Assembly (NCBI RefSeq): GCF_004010195.1
Contig: NC_057722.1
Location: forward strand, 55,772,436 to 55,836,435
Source of the DNA: Chiloscyllium plagiosum
Lineage: Eukaryota
Direction: 5' to 3'
Length of the DNA stretch: 64,000 nt
Position 1 is the stretch's first letter, and each line of letters starts with the position of its first letter. The notes below the pieces were generated by a model. The model was not told the origin of the DNA, did no database searches, and worked only from the letters and a program-made list of their open reading frames with translations. This document shows positions 51,385-63,287 of this stretch, piece by piece. The position numbers and the translations under genes are program-made.

Positions 51385-52403
51385 GTAGAACACATTGCCA
51401 AGATGTATTTGTGTAATGCTGTTATCCATGTGATTCAATTAAGTTGCCCTAAATCTGAATTAACATAAAAATGCATACATTTTTGAAGTACATGCATATT
51501 AATTTTGTTTTAAATAGTAGCCTACATATGGAAGAAAATTATTTTGAGTTTTCTTGATACATGCAGTCAGTTTCTACTGCATGATAAATTCCCTGAAATT
51601 GATAATGATGGTTTAATCTTTACAATAATGTGTGAAATTGTTTTAAATGTCATCTCCAGGTGGGCATCTCTGATCCTCCCAAAAAAAAACACTTTCTCAT
51701 CAACCAGCATTGTGCAATATGATGTAGTTGTTAATAATCTCTCATGGTAGCTAATAACGCTCAAATTGTAATTATCACCCTGAATATATGCAACTACTCT
51801 CCTGGCTTGCAAAGTGATATTGAGCAACTAAAGCACTGAGGTGACTAGTCTTTCTGCCATGTTATTTTAATGTTAGCTATCTGATAAAGAGGAATAGGTT
51901 TCTGAGTAGTTAAGTGGGAAAATAAATGCACACTGGCTTTTTGGTGTCAAGTCTGTAATTTTGCTGTTTTAAAAAAAAAACAGCAAGTCACAGTTTGAGT
52001 ATGTACCTTTTTTTCTAAAATTGGGAACATGTTTTCAGGTAAGGCATTTTTGAAAAATAAATTTGAGAATGAATTTACATGAAATGGCTGTCTTAAAAAA
52101 ATAAGCAATTTCTCATCTTGCAGGAATATGGGGAAAAATGAATTTATATAATACTTACTGCAACTACTGGATGTCCCTAACTATAGCTAATGAAATACTT
52201 TTGCATTGCTGTCATTGTTGTAAGATACAATTATGTTCAGTGATTCAACATTCCATTCAACCATGGAATCCTTCCACTCAAATCTATTGTCACATGCCAT
52301 TGTCACAATACAGTTACATTAGGATCAGAAATCTTATGAAATTAGACTCTGCCCAGTCAGTTTTGAGCAAAGGTGATAAGTTCTAGTTCAGATTTTCAGT
52401 GAG

Positions 52404-52660
52404 AGGCAGCAGGGTGGCTCAGTGGCTAGCACTGCTGCCATAGTATCAGAGTGGGTTTGATTCCAGCCTTAAACGACGATGTGGAGTTTGCACATTTTCC
52501 CTGTGTCAGCATAGGTTTCCTCCCACAGTCCAAAGATGTGCAAGTTAATATGATTAGCCATGGTAAAAAACCTCATGCAGGATTACAGGGATGAGGTGGG
52601 TCGAAGTTGGTGCAAAATTGATGAGTTAAATAGAACTATAGAGATTCCATGATTCTAAAA
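52404..52660 (+). mobile_element. Degenerate HE1/V-type SINE
   Basis: GGTGGCTCAGTGGCTAGCACTGCTGCC head and GTGGAGTTTGCACATT core. Confidence 0.75.
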
Positions 52661-53490
52661 CAAAAAACAGGAACAGTGAAAGTTAAAGCATTCAAACAGT
52701 TTTAACTTGAGCTAAAAAGTTCTAAATAGAAAGCTTGTCGCTAAGTGTGGTAGAATGATTTCCCTAGGTCTACAGTCAGAATCAAATGTTATGAGACTCT
52801 ATGACTGCACTGAGTGGCACCAAAAATTTGTCACTTAAGTGTGCCAAGGGGACTGCAGGGTTCAAGGGAAGAGATTGGTCTGGGTGAGATGCTGTTTGGA
52901 GGGTCGGTGTGAGCCTGTTGGGCCACCACCCCCCCACCCCACAAATCCTCAGAGTTGCAAGTATATCAGACAACTGTGGAAGCCAACACCAGTCATCTTT
53001 AGTATCAGACTGTAAGTGCTTACGTAGCAGTTGTACTGTAAACAATCTAAGTAAACGTGGCATCTTCACACTGTGTAAAGTAACCTCTCTGCACAGTGTG
53101 GCCAAAGCCTTTCACACAAGGCAAGGAAACCATTGTGAATACTGAATAATTATTAGCATATTTCTGTCAAGGCTCAGTACCCATGCAATTGTTCCAGGAA
53201 ACTTGAACAGCCAGTGCTAACAGAGTTAAGTCAAACTTCAAAACCCACATATCACTAATATTGAGTAACTAACATTAAAATTAATAACTCACCTCTCATG
53301 TGAAGGCTGTCAGATTCAGAGCAAAAGGTTCCTACTTAAAGTTCACATTAAAACAACATCCAAATTTTCCATTTGCCACAGTATGGACATAGTTTGAACT
53401 TTTCAAAGCCACCAAAATCTGTTTTTCACAACTTGTACGAGAAAACAAATATGAGGTTTACAACTTTCAAAAATGCAGGCATTTTAGATT

Positions 53491-53496
53491 TTTATT
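53491..53496 (-). terminator. NCBP2: Candidate NCBP2 polyadenylation signal
   Basis: AATAAA on the - strand about 215 nt after the stop codon. Confidence 0.6.
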
Positions 53497-53709
53497 AGAA
53501 TTGACAAAATTACAAGGAACAAAAATTGAACAATGATTTCACCTCAGAAGCAGGGCATCTTTCTTTTGCAAGTATGAAAAAAAAGAGCTCAATAGGCCTA
53601 TGAAAGAATGAACAGCACAAAGCCACAGACATTCAAGTATTAGCCATTTGCTTCAATCCCAAGGTACTAGCTTAATTATCTGAAATATATCAACACAGCC
53701 ATTGAAACT

Positions 53710-53808
53710 TTAGAATTTCTGTCTTGGTTCTGGAACCCTCTGCATCTGGACCAATTTCCCAAATCCACCTCTGCCAGCATCATAATCAGTCCTATATTCA
53801 TCACGTAC
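53710..53808 (-). CDS. NCBP2: NCBP2 exon 4
   Basis: [18 protein letters not shown]...*; ttttgcag acceptor. Confidence 0.96.
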   Translation of the reverse strand, partial: VRDEYRTDYDAGRGGFGKLVQMQRVPEPRQKF

Positions 53809-56800
53809 CTGCAAAAAAAACACGTACAAAGGAAATAAAAATGTATTGTGTCCATGACCTTCTAATAGAATTCTCACATTATTGACTTGTATTAGAATAA
53901 AGACACTTGTTCACTAAAGAGTTCTTCTGTGCCCCAAGCTAATAAGCATGATTGTACACTCATTATTCAAATTCCCTTGGCATTTGGCTTCTGTAACTCC
54001 TGGTATGGACAACCGAAGTTGGTGACAATACCATACTGCATAGCAGTCAGCTAAATTTTAATCAATAGACAAGATAATATCAGTTCAGACCTCCATTTAA
54101 AAATATACCTAGGAGTTCTAAACATCCACTCACTTGGATTCAGTTTTGAATTCCATTATACTGATGTCTGTCAATGTATTATTTAGATTTTTATAAATAC
54201 TATAGCAAGTGACATTAGTTACAAAACAGTCTGGTTTCGTGAGGTGATTTCACCATACTGTTCAAAACAAAGGGCAATTAAAACTCATGAATTCAGCCAA
54301 ATAATTCTGTCCCACCCTTAATGAGCATAAGTAATACAAATGATTCAGATCATAAGTTGTTTTAGCACATCATGACAACTTAAAATCATCAACATGTGGC
54401 TATCTTTTAAAACAGTAAAGTTTTTCCAGTTACTTTGCAACGGTACTAAAATTCTCAATGAACCAAAGTACACCAGATAAAAATACACTTTGATCTTGTG
54501 TCTTTATTTAAAGTTTACAAGATGTGATTGCACGTACCATATTATAGAGAAACCACGTACCTGACCACCAGATTTGCCTCGTCCAAATTGCCTGCCTTCT
54601 TTGAAACCAGTATCCCAGTCTGTTCTGATGATCCGATCATCCAGGCGTGTTCCATTAATAAATCTCATGCATTGTTCAGCATCAGCTCGTGTGTAATATC
54701 TAATTAACGCATTAAGGATAAACCACCACTTAAAAACTAAACTGCAGAAGCTGGAGACTTGAAGCAAAAAAATGCAAAATATTGGGAGAAACTCAGGTGG
54801 TCAGGCTGCATCTGAAGAGAAAACCTAGTTAACATTTTGAAGGGTCACAGGACTCAATTCAACGTGATTTATAAAAGGGAAACCATATTTGAACAATTTA
54901 TTGGAGGTCCAATGGATGTATTTAAATTTCCAGTAGTCAGTTGATAAGGTGCTACATCAAAGGTTATTGCAGAAATAAAAGCTCATGGTGTAGGGGTAAC
55001 ATTGACATTCAGAAGATAGGCTGGCTAACCGGAAGCAGTAATGGGTAACTTTCTGGACATACAAGGATAGGAAAGTAAACTGAATTGTACTGGGGCAACA
55101 ATAGTGATATATAAGTGGGCAAAGAGCTGGCAAACAAAGCATGAGGTGGGAAAATGTGAAATTGTCTATTTTGTCAGGAAAAATAAAAAAAACACCAATC
55201 TGACAGGCAAGAGATTGCAGAATTGAGATGCAGAGGGATATGGCTATCTCAGTGTACAAAATCACTAGCTGTTAATATGCAGGTATAGCAAGTAATCAGA
55301 TAAGTTAATGGAATGTCATTGTTTATTTCAAGGAAATGTAACATATAAGTAGGAACTAATTCTTCAGTTACACTGGATATAAGTGAGACCACGTATAGTA
55401 TTGGTGTCCTTAATTAAGGAAGGACAAATGAGTTACGAGCAGTTTATTAGAGTAATACCTGGAATGGGTTGGTTTGTCTTATGAGGAATGGTTGGTTAGG
55501 CTACATGCTTACCCACTGGAGTTTAAAATCACAGCTTAATTGAAACAAGATCCTGAGGGATTTCAATAGGTTTACGTAGAAAGGATGTTTCCTCTTGTGA
55601 GGGAACAAGAACTCAAGGTCAAATTTCAAAATTACGGGCGTGCCCATCTAAAACAAATTAGCAGACTTGTTTTTCTCACAGAGGCACAAGTCCTTGGAAG
55701 TCTTCCTCAAAAAGAACATTACACACAGAGTCCTTCCAAGTTTTTAAGGCCAACAAAGATAGCAAGGTTATCAAGGGTGGGCAGAAACAATATGAAAGGC
55801 ACAAAATTCTTGAACCGCATTCATGGGAATGTTTTTAAACAGCATGCCCAACAAAGCGCAAGTCTTAGAAAATGAAGGTGGCAGCTAGTTGTAAAAGCAG
55901 TGGGTGACCACTTTGGAGATAGAGTTCTTAATAGGTAGATTTAGCATCATCATGGAAAGGGACAAAGATAGAACTTTTACAAAGCAGAGATGATCTGGCA
56001 AACGTGGACTGCATACATCTACCTGAAGGTAAGCCAGTGCAAATCAGTGGGGCAAAGTGAAAGAACAGAAGTCAAGAAATAGGAGCAGTAGAAGGCTGCT
56101 CAGCCCCTCTGCCATTCAATAGGATTATGGCTAATATGACCAAGGCCTCAACTCCTCTTCGTTGCCAGCTCCTCATAGTACTCAATCCCCCAAATTTTCA
56201 AAATAATTTATCACCTCTTTCAAAACTTGCAGTGATCTAGTTTACATTACTCCCCCTTAAAAATAAACCAATTCCACCAAATCTAGTCTCCTGGTTACCC
56301 AGGAGCAGAAAGAGAGGGCTTATGACAATCTCAAAGGAAGTTTAATTTTAGGAGGGTTGGAAGAGTTCAGAATGTACAGGGGTGAGGTTAAAAAATAAAG
56401 TTAGGAAAGCAAAGAGGATATTGAAAAAAAATTGGTTGCTAAAATTAAGGAAAATCCAAAAGGTATGTTATCAGTAGTTTGAGTAAAAGGATGACGAAGG
56501 AAAGGTTAGGGCCTATCAAAGATGTACATGGTAACTTGCGTATGAATGCAGAAGATGTGGAGAGGGGTCTACACAAGTACTTTGTCTCCATTCACGTAGG
56601 AGAGGAACGATCAGGCATTCTAATTAAAGAGAAGTGGTAAATAATAGAAAAAAATAAGCATGATGTGAAGGTCAGTACTAGAGGGACTGACCTACTTGAA
56701 GGTGGACAGATAACCAGAACCAGATGAATTTGATCCAAAGCAAATAAAAGGAAGGCAGGCAGCAAAAAGCAGGTGCTGAACAAATACTCACCAGACAGGT

Positions 56801-59800
56801 GAGTACCAAAGGTTTGTCAACATTGTACAATTATTCAGAAAAGGTACAAGAGATAGGCCAAATCATTATGGCAGTCAGTGGGAGGCAAATTTCTAGATTC
56901 AGTACGGAGACTGTTACTTAGAATGGCATGGTATAATCAAGAATAGTCAGCACAGTTAAAGGAAGATAATTTCCTCCAACCCAATTTAAATTTCTAAGGA
57001 AGAAACAAGGCAAATTGATGAGGGTAGTGCAGTGGATATTACCTACATGTACTATAGAAATAGATATAAAGTCTCACATACCTCTTTATATCTATTTCTA
57101 TAGTCCATGTAGGTAAGTCTCACATACCTCGTAGGTCAAAAAAATTAAATCCTGTGGGATACAGAGAAATGCATAGAGTTGGATCCAAAATTGCTTTGTG
57201 ACAGGAAACAAAGGATAATGGCTGATGGATACTTTTGTGAATGGAAACATTTCCAGTGGTTTTCCATAGAGCTCACATTAAGGTCCCACGCCATTTGTGG
57301 CATTTATTAATGATGTAGACTTAAAATGAGGGAGGCATGATTGGGAAATCTGACAATACAAAAAAAATGGCCAGGTGGTTGACAGCAAAATGTATTGGCT
57401 GCCAACTGCAGGATGATACAATGTTTTTGCAGAATAGTTGGCAAAGTGGAAATTGGAATTCAACCTCGAGAAGTGCAAGTTTGAGTTTAGGGAATACATA
57501 ATAAATGAGAGGATACTGTGATTTGCAAGGGTACAGACCAGGCTCACGAAGCTGGGATTAAAATGGGCAGCTAGTTTATTCAGTCAATGCAGAGACAGTG
57601 GGCTGAATGATCTCTTTCAGTGCTGCATCGTTTCTTTGGTTCTACTGGGCTTGATTGATTCATTCATAGCCAAATTGTAAATGATTGTAGAGCATAACCA
57701 CCCTGACAGTACGTGGTTGGAGTTCAAGCACCGTTCAAGGTAACAGTGAAATTGAACACCATTTGTCTCCTGAATTGGGGAGTGTTGTCAAACACAGAAA
57801 CCCAGGGGTTAAGGTATATAGTTCCTTGAAAGTGGCATCACAGGTGAAGAAGGCATTTGTCTTCATTGGTCACAGCATTGAGTATAAGAGTTGGGAGTTC
57901 ATGTTGCAGCTGTACAGGAAGTCGGTGAGGTAATTTTTGGAGTACTGTGAACTGTTCTGGTCGCCCTGCTATAGGAAGGATTGTATTAAATTGGAAAGGG
58001 TGAAGAAAAGATTTACAAGGATTTTACTGGAACTGGGAGGATATGAGTTCAAAAAAGAGGCTGAATAGGCTGGCACTTTTTTGCCCCCTGGAGTGTAGGA
58101 GTTTAAGGAGTGACTTTATCGAGGTTTATAAAATCATGAGTGACACAGACTGGGTTAATAGCAACGGTCGTTTCCCCACGATAGGAGAGTTCAAAACTAC
58201 AGAGCATAATGTTAAGGTGAGATAGGAAAGATTTAAAAGGGACCTGATGACAACTTTTTCACACAGAGGATGGTTCATATGTGGAATGAACTGCCAGAGG
58301 AAGTGATAAATACATACACCATTACAACACTTAAGACATTTGGACAGGCACACAAATTGGAAAAAGTTGAGATATAGACCATATGCAGGCAAATGGGAGT
58401 AGTTTAGTTTGGGAAACCTAGTTGGCATGGACGAGTTAGATCAAAGGGTCTGTTTCTATGCTGTGTGACTCTGACTAGTCATACCAAACCACCCAATTAA
58501 TTTCATTATGGTGCTTTTTAACATTTTGCAGATTTTTAATCAGTAAGTGTATCAAGGGTTATGGGATAGATGCAAGAAAATAAGAGTTGAGGATTCCTGA
58601 TCAGCCATGATCTTACCAAATGGTGGAACAATTTTGAGGGGCTGAGTGGCCTACTCTTCCTAATTCACATAGAAGACATGGGAATGTTAGTGGATGTCAT
58701 TTTTACAGAAGATAATTAAGATTCCACCTGAAAGAATATTATCTGAAATTAAGACTTATGGAATTGAAGAGAAATGATCAACCTGTTAAAGACAGTGTAG
58801 GGATAATAAGTATGCACTGAAATTAGAAGAAAGTGACTAGTGGTACTTGAGAAGTATCTGTGCTCGAGTATCAATTATTCACAAAAGCAAAATAACCACA
58901 TTTGCTTTTAGAAACTATTGGTTTCACAGGCAGCCGTTAATACTGGAGCATAAACCAGAGAGGTAGGTAAATTGAATCAGCAAAGCTGTTGCTGACAGAT
59001 TCCAACAGTGCAAGATCATCCACTTTGAACAAAACAAAAGTTAATGCATGCATATACATGCTTAAAAGTTGGGAATAGTACATGTCTGAAGGAATTTAGG
59101 GATCCATGTGCACAGAAAAATAAAAATCACTGAAGTGTAATGGGCACAAACAATGAAACATAATCAAATAGGATAATACAATGTTTGTCTTCAGAACTGG
59201 AAGACAGACCATAAAGAGGCAGAAATGTTGCTGCTGGCTAGACCATACCTGAAGTAATGTTACAACTCTGGGCATTATATTAGTCTTGCAAGAAATGCTG
59301 TGCAGAGTTACCAGAATGTTAACAGGGCTCCAACAATCAGATTCAGAGGAGCAGATATATTAACCTATTCCAGCAAATATAAGCTTAATTTAAGGGCAAT
59401 CTTGTTAAGCTTTTTAGGATTTGAAAATAAATGATTAGTTAGATAATTGAAACCTTTTCCACTGCTACAGCAGTCTAGGACAAGGCAGTATACTGTAAAA
59501 TCAGACCCAAATCAAACCATTCAGGAAAGAAGTTGAAAAATATTTCTCCATATTAAATATGAAGTATGGACTACCCTAATAAAAACAATTGATGTCAACT
59601 AAAGTAAAAAAATTTAAATCAGAAATGAACAGATACCTGCAAAGGTATTAAGGCATACACAGTCAAGATGGATGAACAGAATTAGGATAAAAAGAAAATC
59701 AGCCATAATCCCATTGCATGGCAGAGAAGACATATGGGAACTTCCTTAAAGCATTTTCTTTCTTGGTGGAAGTGACAGATGCCCTGGCATTAGTTTTCTA

Positions 59801-62800
59801 TATTGCCGTGGGTTGTATTTATTGTTCAATTAACACGATAAAAATTGATTTGAATCACTACCATACTTACATTGTTACAACAGTGAATACACTTCAAACG
59901 TACTTCATTTCCTGTAGAGCACTTTGGGATGTCTTGTGGTCATGAAAATCACTACAGAAGTGCAAGTTTCCTTTTTTTTAGGCTACAAACATTTAATACC
60001 ACTACTCTGAGCTATGTCTAAACAAACAACTGAATTTAAAACATAACAAGACTTAACACATAAAAGATACTCCACAAAACAGAATCCACATGAAGTTTTC
60101 TTGATTTTGTCTAATCCCATGATGATTCTCTTAACATCACCGCTTTTTGAGAAGAGTTCATAGATCTGTTCCTCAGTTGTGTAAAATGACAAATTCCCGA
60201 CGTAGAGAGTGCAGCTATATCTCAGCAGTTTGTCTTGCTCATATCGGCTTCCCTTTAGAACGAAGATTTGAATTTAAGGACAATAAAAAAAATTCTGCAC
60301 TTTGGCACTTCTCTATAATCTAACAATTAGTGGAGAAATTCAACATTGCACTTCATTTTTGGAGGGATGCATTTCCGCTCTCAAAGTCCAGGACCAAAGC
60401 AAGCCAGTTACCAGATTGGAATCTGGTGCCTTCTAGGTAGTAAGGCACTCTCATGAAACTTACACCATCTTTGTCAAATTGGGAATTAAATTATCCCATC
60501 ATTTAACCTATTGCTTTTTATGGGGAATGTTACTATGCAAGTTTCAGAAGAAAAGTACACTATGAAATGAATTAAATGGCTATGAATTAGTTTGGTATAT
60601 CAAATTAGAAAGAGTTAATTCGGTAGCATTTTTCACCATGCTACCAAATCATAGCCGATACATTCTTCAATTTACTAATCTATTTTTCCCAGGTACATAA
60701 TTAGAATAAAATTTGTGGTATTCACAGAATTTTAGCCAAAGTGTTCCACATTTCCATGACCATTTTTGAAAACCACTCCTTGATTTAAGTCCTGAATGAT
60801 CTAGCTTTAAATTTAAGATATTGTTCTGCATTATCTCAGAAGGAATAGAATTTCACATCAACCTTTCAAATTTCTCCACCAGTTCACCGAATCATTATGG
60901 TGCTGAAGGATGTCATTCAGCCCATCATATTTGTACTGGTTTTTTTTGAATGATCATCATGATTTAGTGTCATTTTCCTGTCCTCTAACACTGTACATTA
61001 AACAATTATTTAAATAGAAATAATGCCTTCATGAATATTCAATTAAACCTGCATTTCCATGTAGTACATTGCAGACCCAAACCATCTCACCCCCATGTTC
61101 CCTCTTATTTGTCTCCTGTGTGTATCTCTGGTGGTCTGTGTGTGTGGCAATGACTTCCAAAATCTGAAATCAATGCCTATGTTGGAGTGTGTGGATTCTC
61201 CAAGTGGCTGCACAGCTTAGAGGTAATCTTGTTGACATCACTATACTATTTTTGCAAATTACTTTATATTTTTGTCCTGTTCTTGATCTGTTTACAAGAG
61301 GGAACAGTTTCTCCTTGTCTATTCTGTTCGAACCTCTCATGATTTTGAGAACTTCAATCAAATCTCATCTCCAGCTCCTCCTAAGAAAACCAGTCTCAAT
61401 TTCTCCAATCTATTTTCATACTGGAAAGGTTTCACCCCTGGAAAAATTGTTGTAAATCACTCTGTTCTCTCCAATGCATTCATATCTTTCCTAAAGTGTG
61501 GCATGCGGAACTAGACATATTAGCCCAGCTGAACTAATTCATGTCTCATGCACTCTGTATAACTTAATAAAGCCTCAGACATTGTCTGCTTTCTTAACCA
61601 TGAACTCCATTTGTCCTGTCAGATTTCTCTGCTCCTACAACACATAACAGCAGTACTTCATTTTATATTGTTTCTTCACATCCTATCAAAATGAACAGAA
61701 CTGAATATCGACCACTTGTCAAAACCTTTGAAGTTTTACACTGTCCTCAGTTTGCAATGCTTCCCAGTTTAAACACCTGAGTTACACAATCTCTCAACAA
61801 TCAGAATTACAATCAATCAATCAGTCCTCAAAATATAACACTTTTAATCAGAATTAAGGAATTTGCACTGCTCCCCTACCAAGGCTTTTTTGCATTGCTG
61901 CACCTCTGAATTAAACTTGGTCCAACAAAGGCACTGCACAAATAGAAGCAGACCTGCCTTTTCCTGGTGTTTTTGAGAGGTAGACTAATATTCCATTAGA
62001 TTAGATTACCTATAGTGTGGAAACAGGCCCTTTGGCCCAGCAAATCCATCCCGACCCTCCGAAGAGTAACCCATCCAGACTTACCCTGACTAATGGACCT
62101 AAACTATGAGCACCCGGAGGAAAGGCAACGCAGACACGGGAAGAATGTGCAAACTTCACAGTGGCCCGAGGCGGGAATTGAACCTGGGTCCATGGCGCTG
62201 TGAGGCAGCAGTGCTAACCACTGAGCCACCGTGCCGCCCCCCCGTTAGCGATCGTTCTATTTCCCCCCCCCCCCGAATTAGCTTTAAGAGTATACAGGGT
62301 ACATGCGCACCCAAATCCTCCTACTCTCCAATTCCTACCTTCTTGCCTTAAAATAGTCCTGTTCGTCTTTCTCAGACCCAAAATCATTGACCCCACAATG
62401 AACTCCATCACCGGTTTTACCCACTCACATCAGAGATCTTTTCCATCGTGATCTATTTCCTCGCAAATCTTCAAACTTACCGTACCTCGCAAGTATCAAA
62501 TACAAACTCTAATACTTTACATGAGTCAAGTTAAGGATGTAAAAGTTTATATTGATAGAAATCAACATTTTTTTCCCAGGAAATTGGTTTCTCGAGACAA
62601 GAGGAGCAGACCTCAAAAATTACAACAAAACGCGGGGGTATTGTCCCAACTTGTGCCGGGCACCAACAACGTTCACTTTCTGTCTGGCTGTAACTAGGGA
62701 GATACTGTCTGGTTAACTCAGATTATAACAGGTCGGGAAGAGAACACAATAGACGCATTACCCGGAAATGTTGATCCCGGTACTGGCTCAGCTCCACATG

Positions 62801-62836
62801 AGAATCACTGTTGAGGGCATTCAGTACAATAGACAT
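53710..62836 (-). CDS. NCBP2: Nuclear cap-binding protein subunit 2 (CBP20), 164 aa; complement(join(53710..53808,54561..54699,60071..60252,62762..62836))
   Basis: [25 protein letters not shown]|[61 protein letters not shown]|[46 protein letters not shown]|[35 protein letters not shown]2/RNP1 present and phases consistent (495 nt). Confidence 0.97.
54561..54699 (-). CDS. NCBP2: NCBP2 exon 3
   Basis: YYTRADAE...GKSGGQ; U12-type acceptor upstream. Confidence 0.96.
54880..59750 (+). mobile_element. Cluster of decayed CR1 fragments in NCBP2 intron 2
   Basis: ORF2-end motifs (e.g. [17 protein letters not shown] at about 58090-58140) and repeated CR1 3'UTR text. Confidence 0.7.
57039..57116. repeat. 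33-bp inverted repeat (1 mismatch, 12-nt loop) with adjacent 16-bp direct duplication
   Basis: Arms at 57039-57071 and 57084-57116. AAGTCTCACATACCTC at 57069-57084 and 57115-57130. Confidence 0.93.
60071..60252 (-). CDS. NCBP2: NCBP2 exon 2
   Basis: RRM core TLYVGNL...CGFCFVE. Confidence 0.97.
60620..61790 (-). mobile_element. Decayed CR1 3' fragments
   Basis: [19 protein letters not shown] on the - strand. Confidence 0.6.
61997..62242 (-). mobile_element. HE1-type SINE (internally deleted)
   Basis: Reverse-strand tRNA head (GCTAACCACTGAGCCACCGTGCCGCCC) and GATTA tail repeats. Confidence 0.88.
62762..62836 (-). CDS. NCBP2: NCBP2 exon 1 coding part
   Basis: [25 protein letters not shown]; CGG|GTAATG donor. 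Confidence 0.95.
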
Positions 62837-63287
62837 GACACCAGAGAAATAAAAACAAACAGCAGCCTCCAACCAAACGGACCCGAACTGCCGGGAGCAG
62901 CACGTGACTGGAAATCCCCGTCCTCTTCCTGTCCGTCCACTTGAAACGGTCCGTGCTACCGCCGCCTCCGGGCTGATCGTTCCTGAAATTAAACCGTCTT
63001 TTGGCGAGAATTGTCGTCCGATTTAGAATCAGAAAATGCACAATGGTTCGTGTTTGCATTCAGTTTCTGCAAAGGCAAAATATGAGCAAGATGCATAATC
63101 TTGTTTTTTTTTAGAAACAAATGGTCTCTCCTGCCCACCGGACTGTGAAAGTGACGGAGCGTTGCAGCCGATCGCCGAGATGATCGAGTCGTTTCCATGG
63201 TGATTGGACGATGGAGTCGATGGCCGAGTAGCGGGGAGGTTAGCAAACGAAGTGAGCGGGGGACGAGCAGGAGGGTGAGTGTCCGCC
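62837..63287. promoter_or_regulatory. Bidirectional CpG-rich promoter and 5'UTRs of NCBP2 / NCBP2AS2
   Basis: Divergent ATGs about 450 bp apart. CACGTGAC (62901-62908), GGAAATCCCC (62910-62919), X-box-like GTTTCCATGGTGAT (63191-63204) and inverted CCAAT (63203-63207). Confidence 0.82.

Larger units (their letters stand above)
54700..60070 (-). other. NCBP2: U12-type (minor spliceosome) GT-AG intron 2 of NCBP2
   Basis: 5'SS GA|GTATCTTTT (60070-60062). Branch site TATCCTTAAT (54720-54711) about 12 nt from TAG|. No polypyrimidine tract. The join restores GAA (Glu). Confidence 0.92.

Noticed and set aside
63279-63287. GTG start giving a 98-aa NCBP2AS2
   Set aside because: The ATG at 63288 has a GCCATGG context and matches the family N-terminus MVLR.
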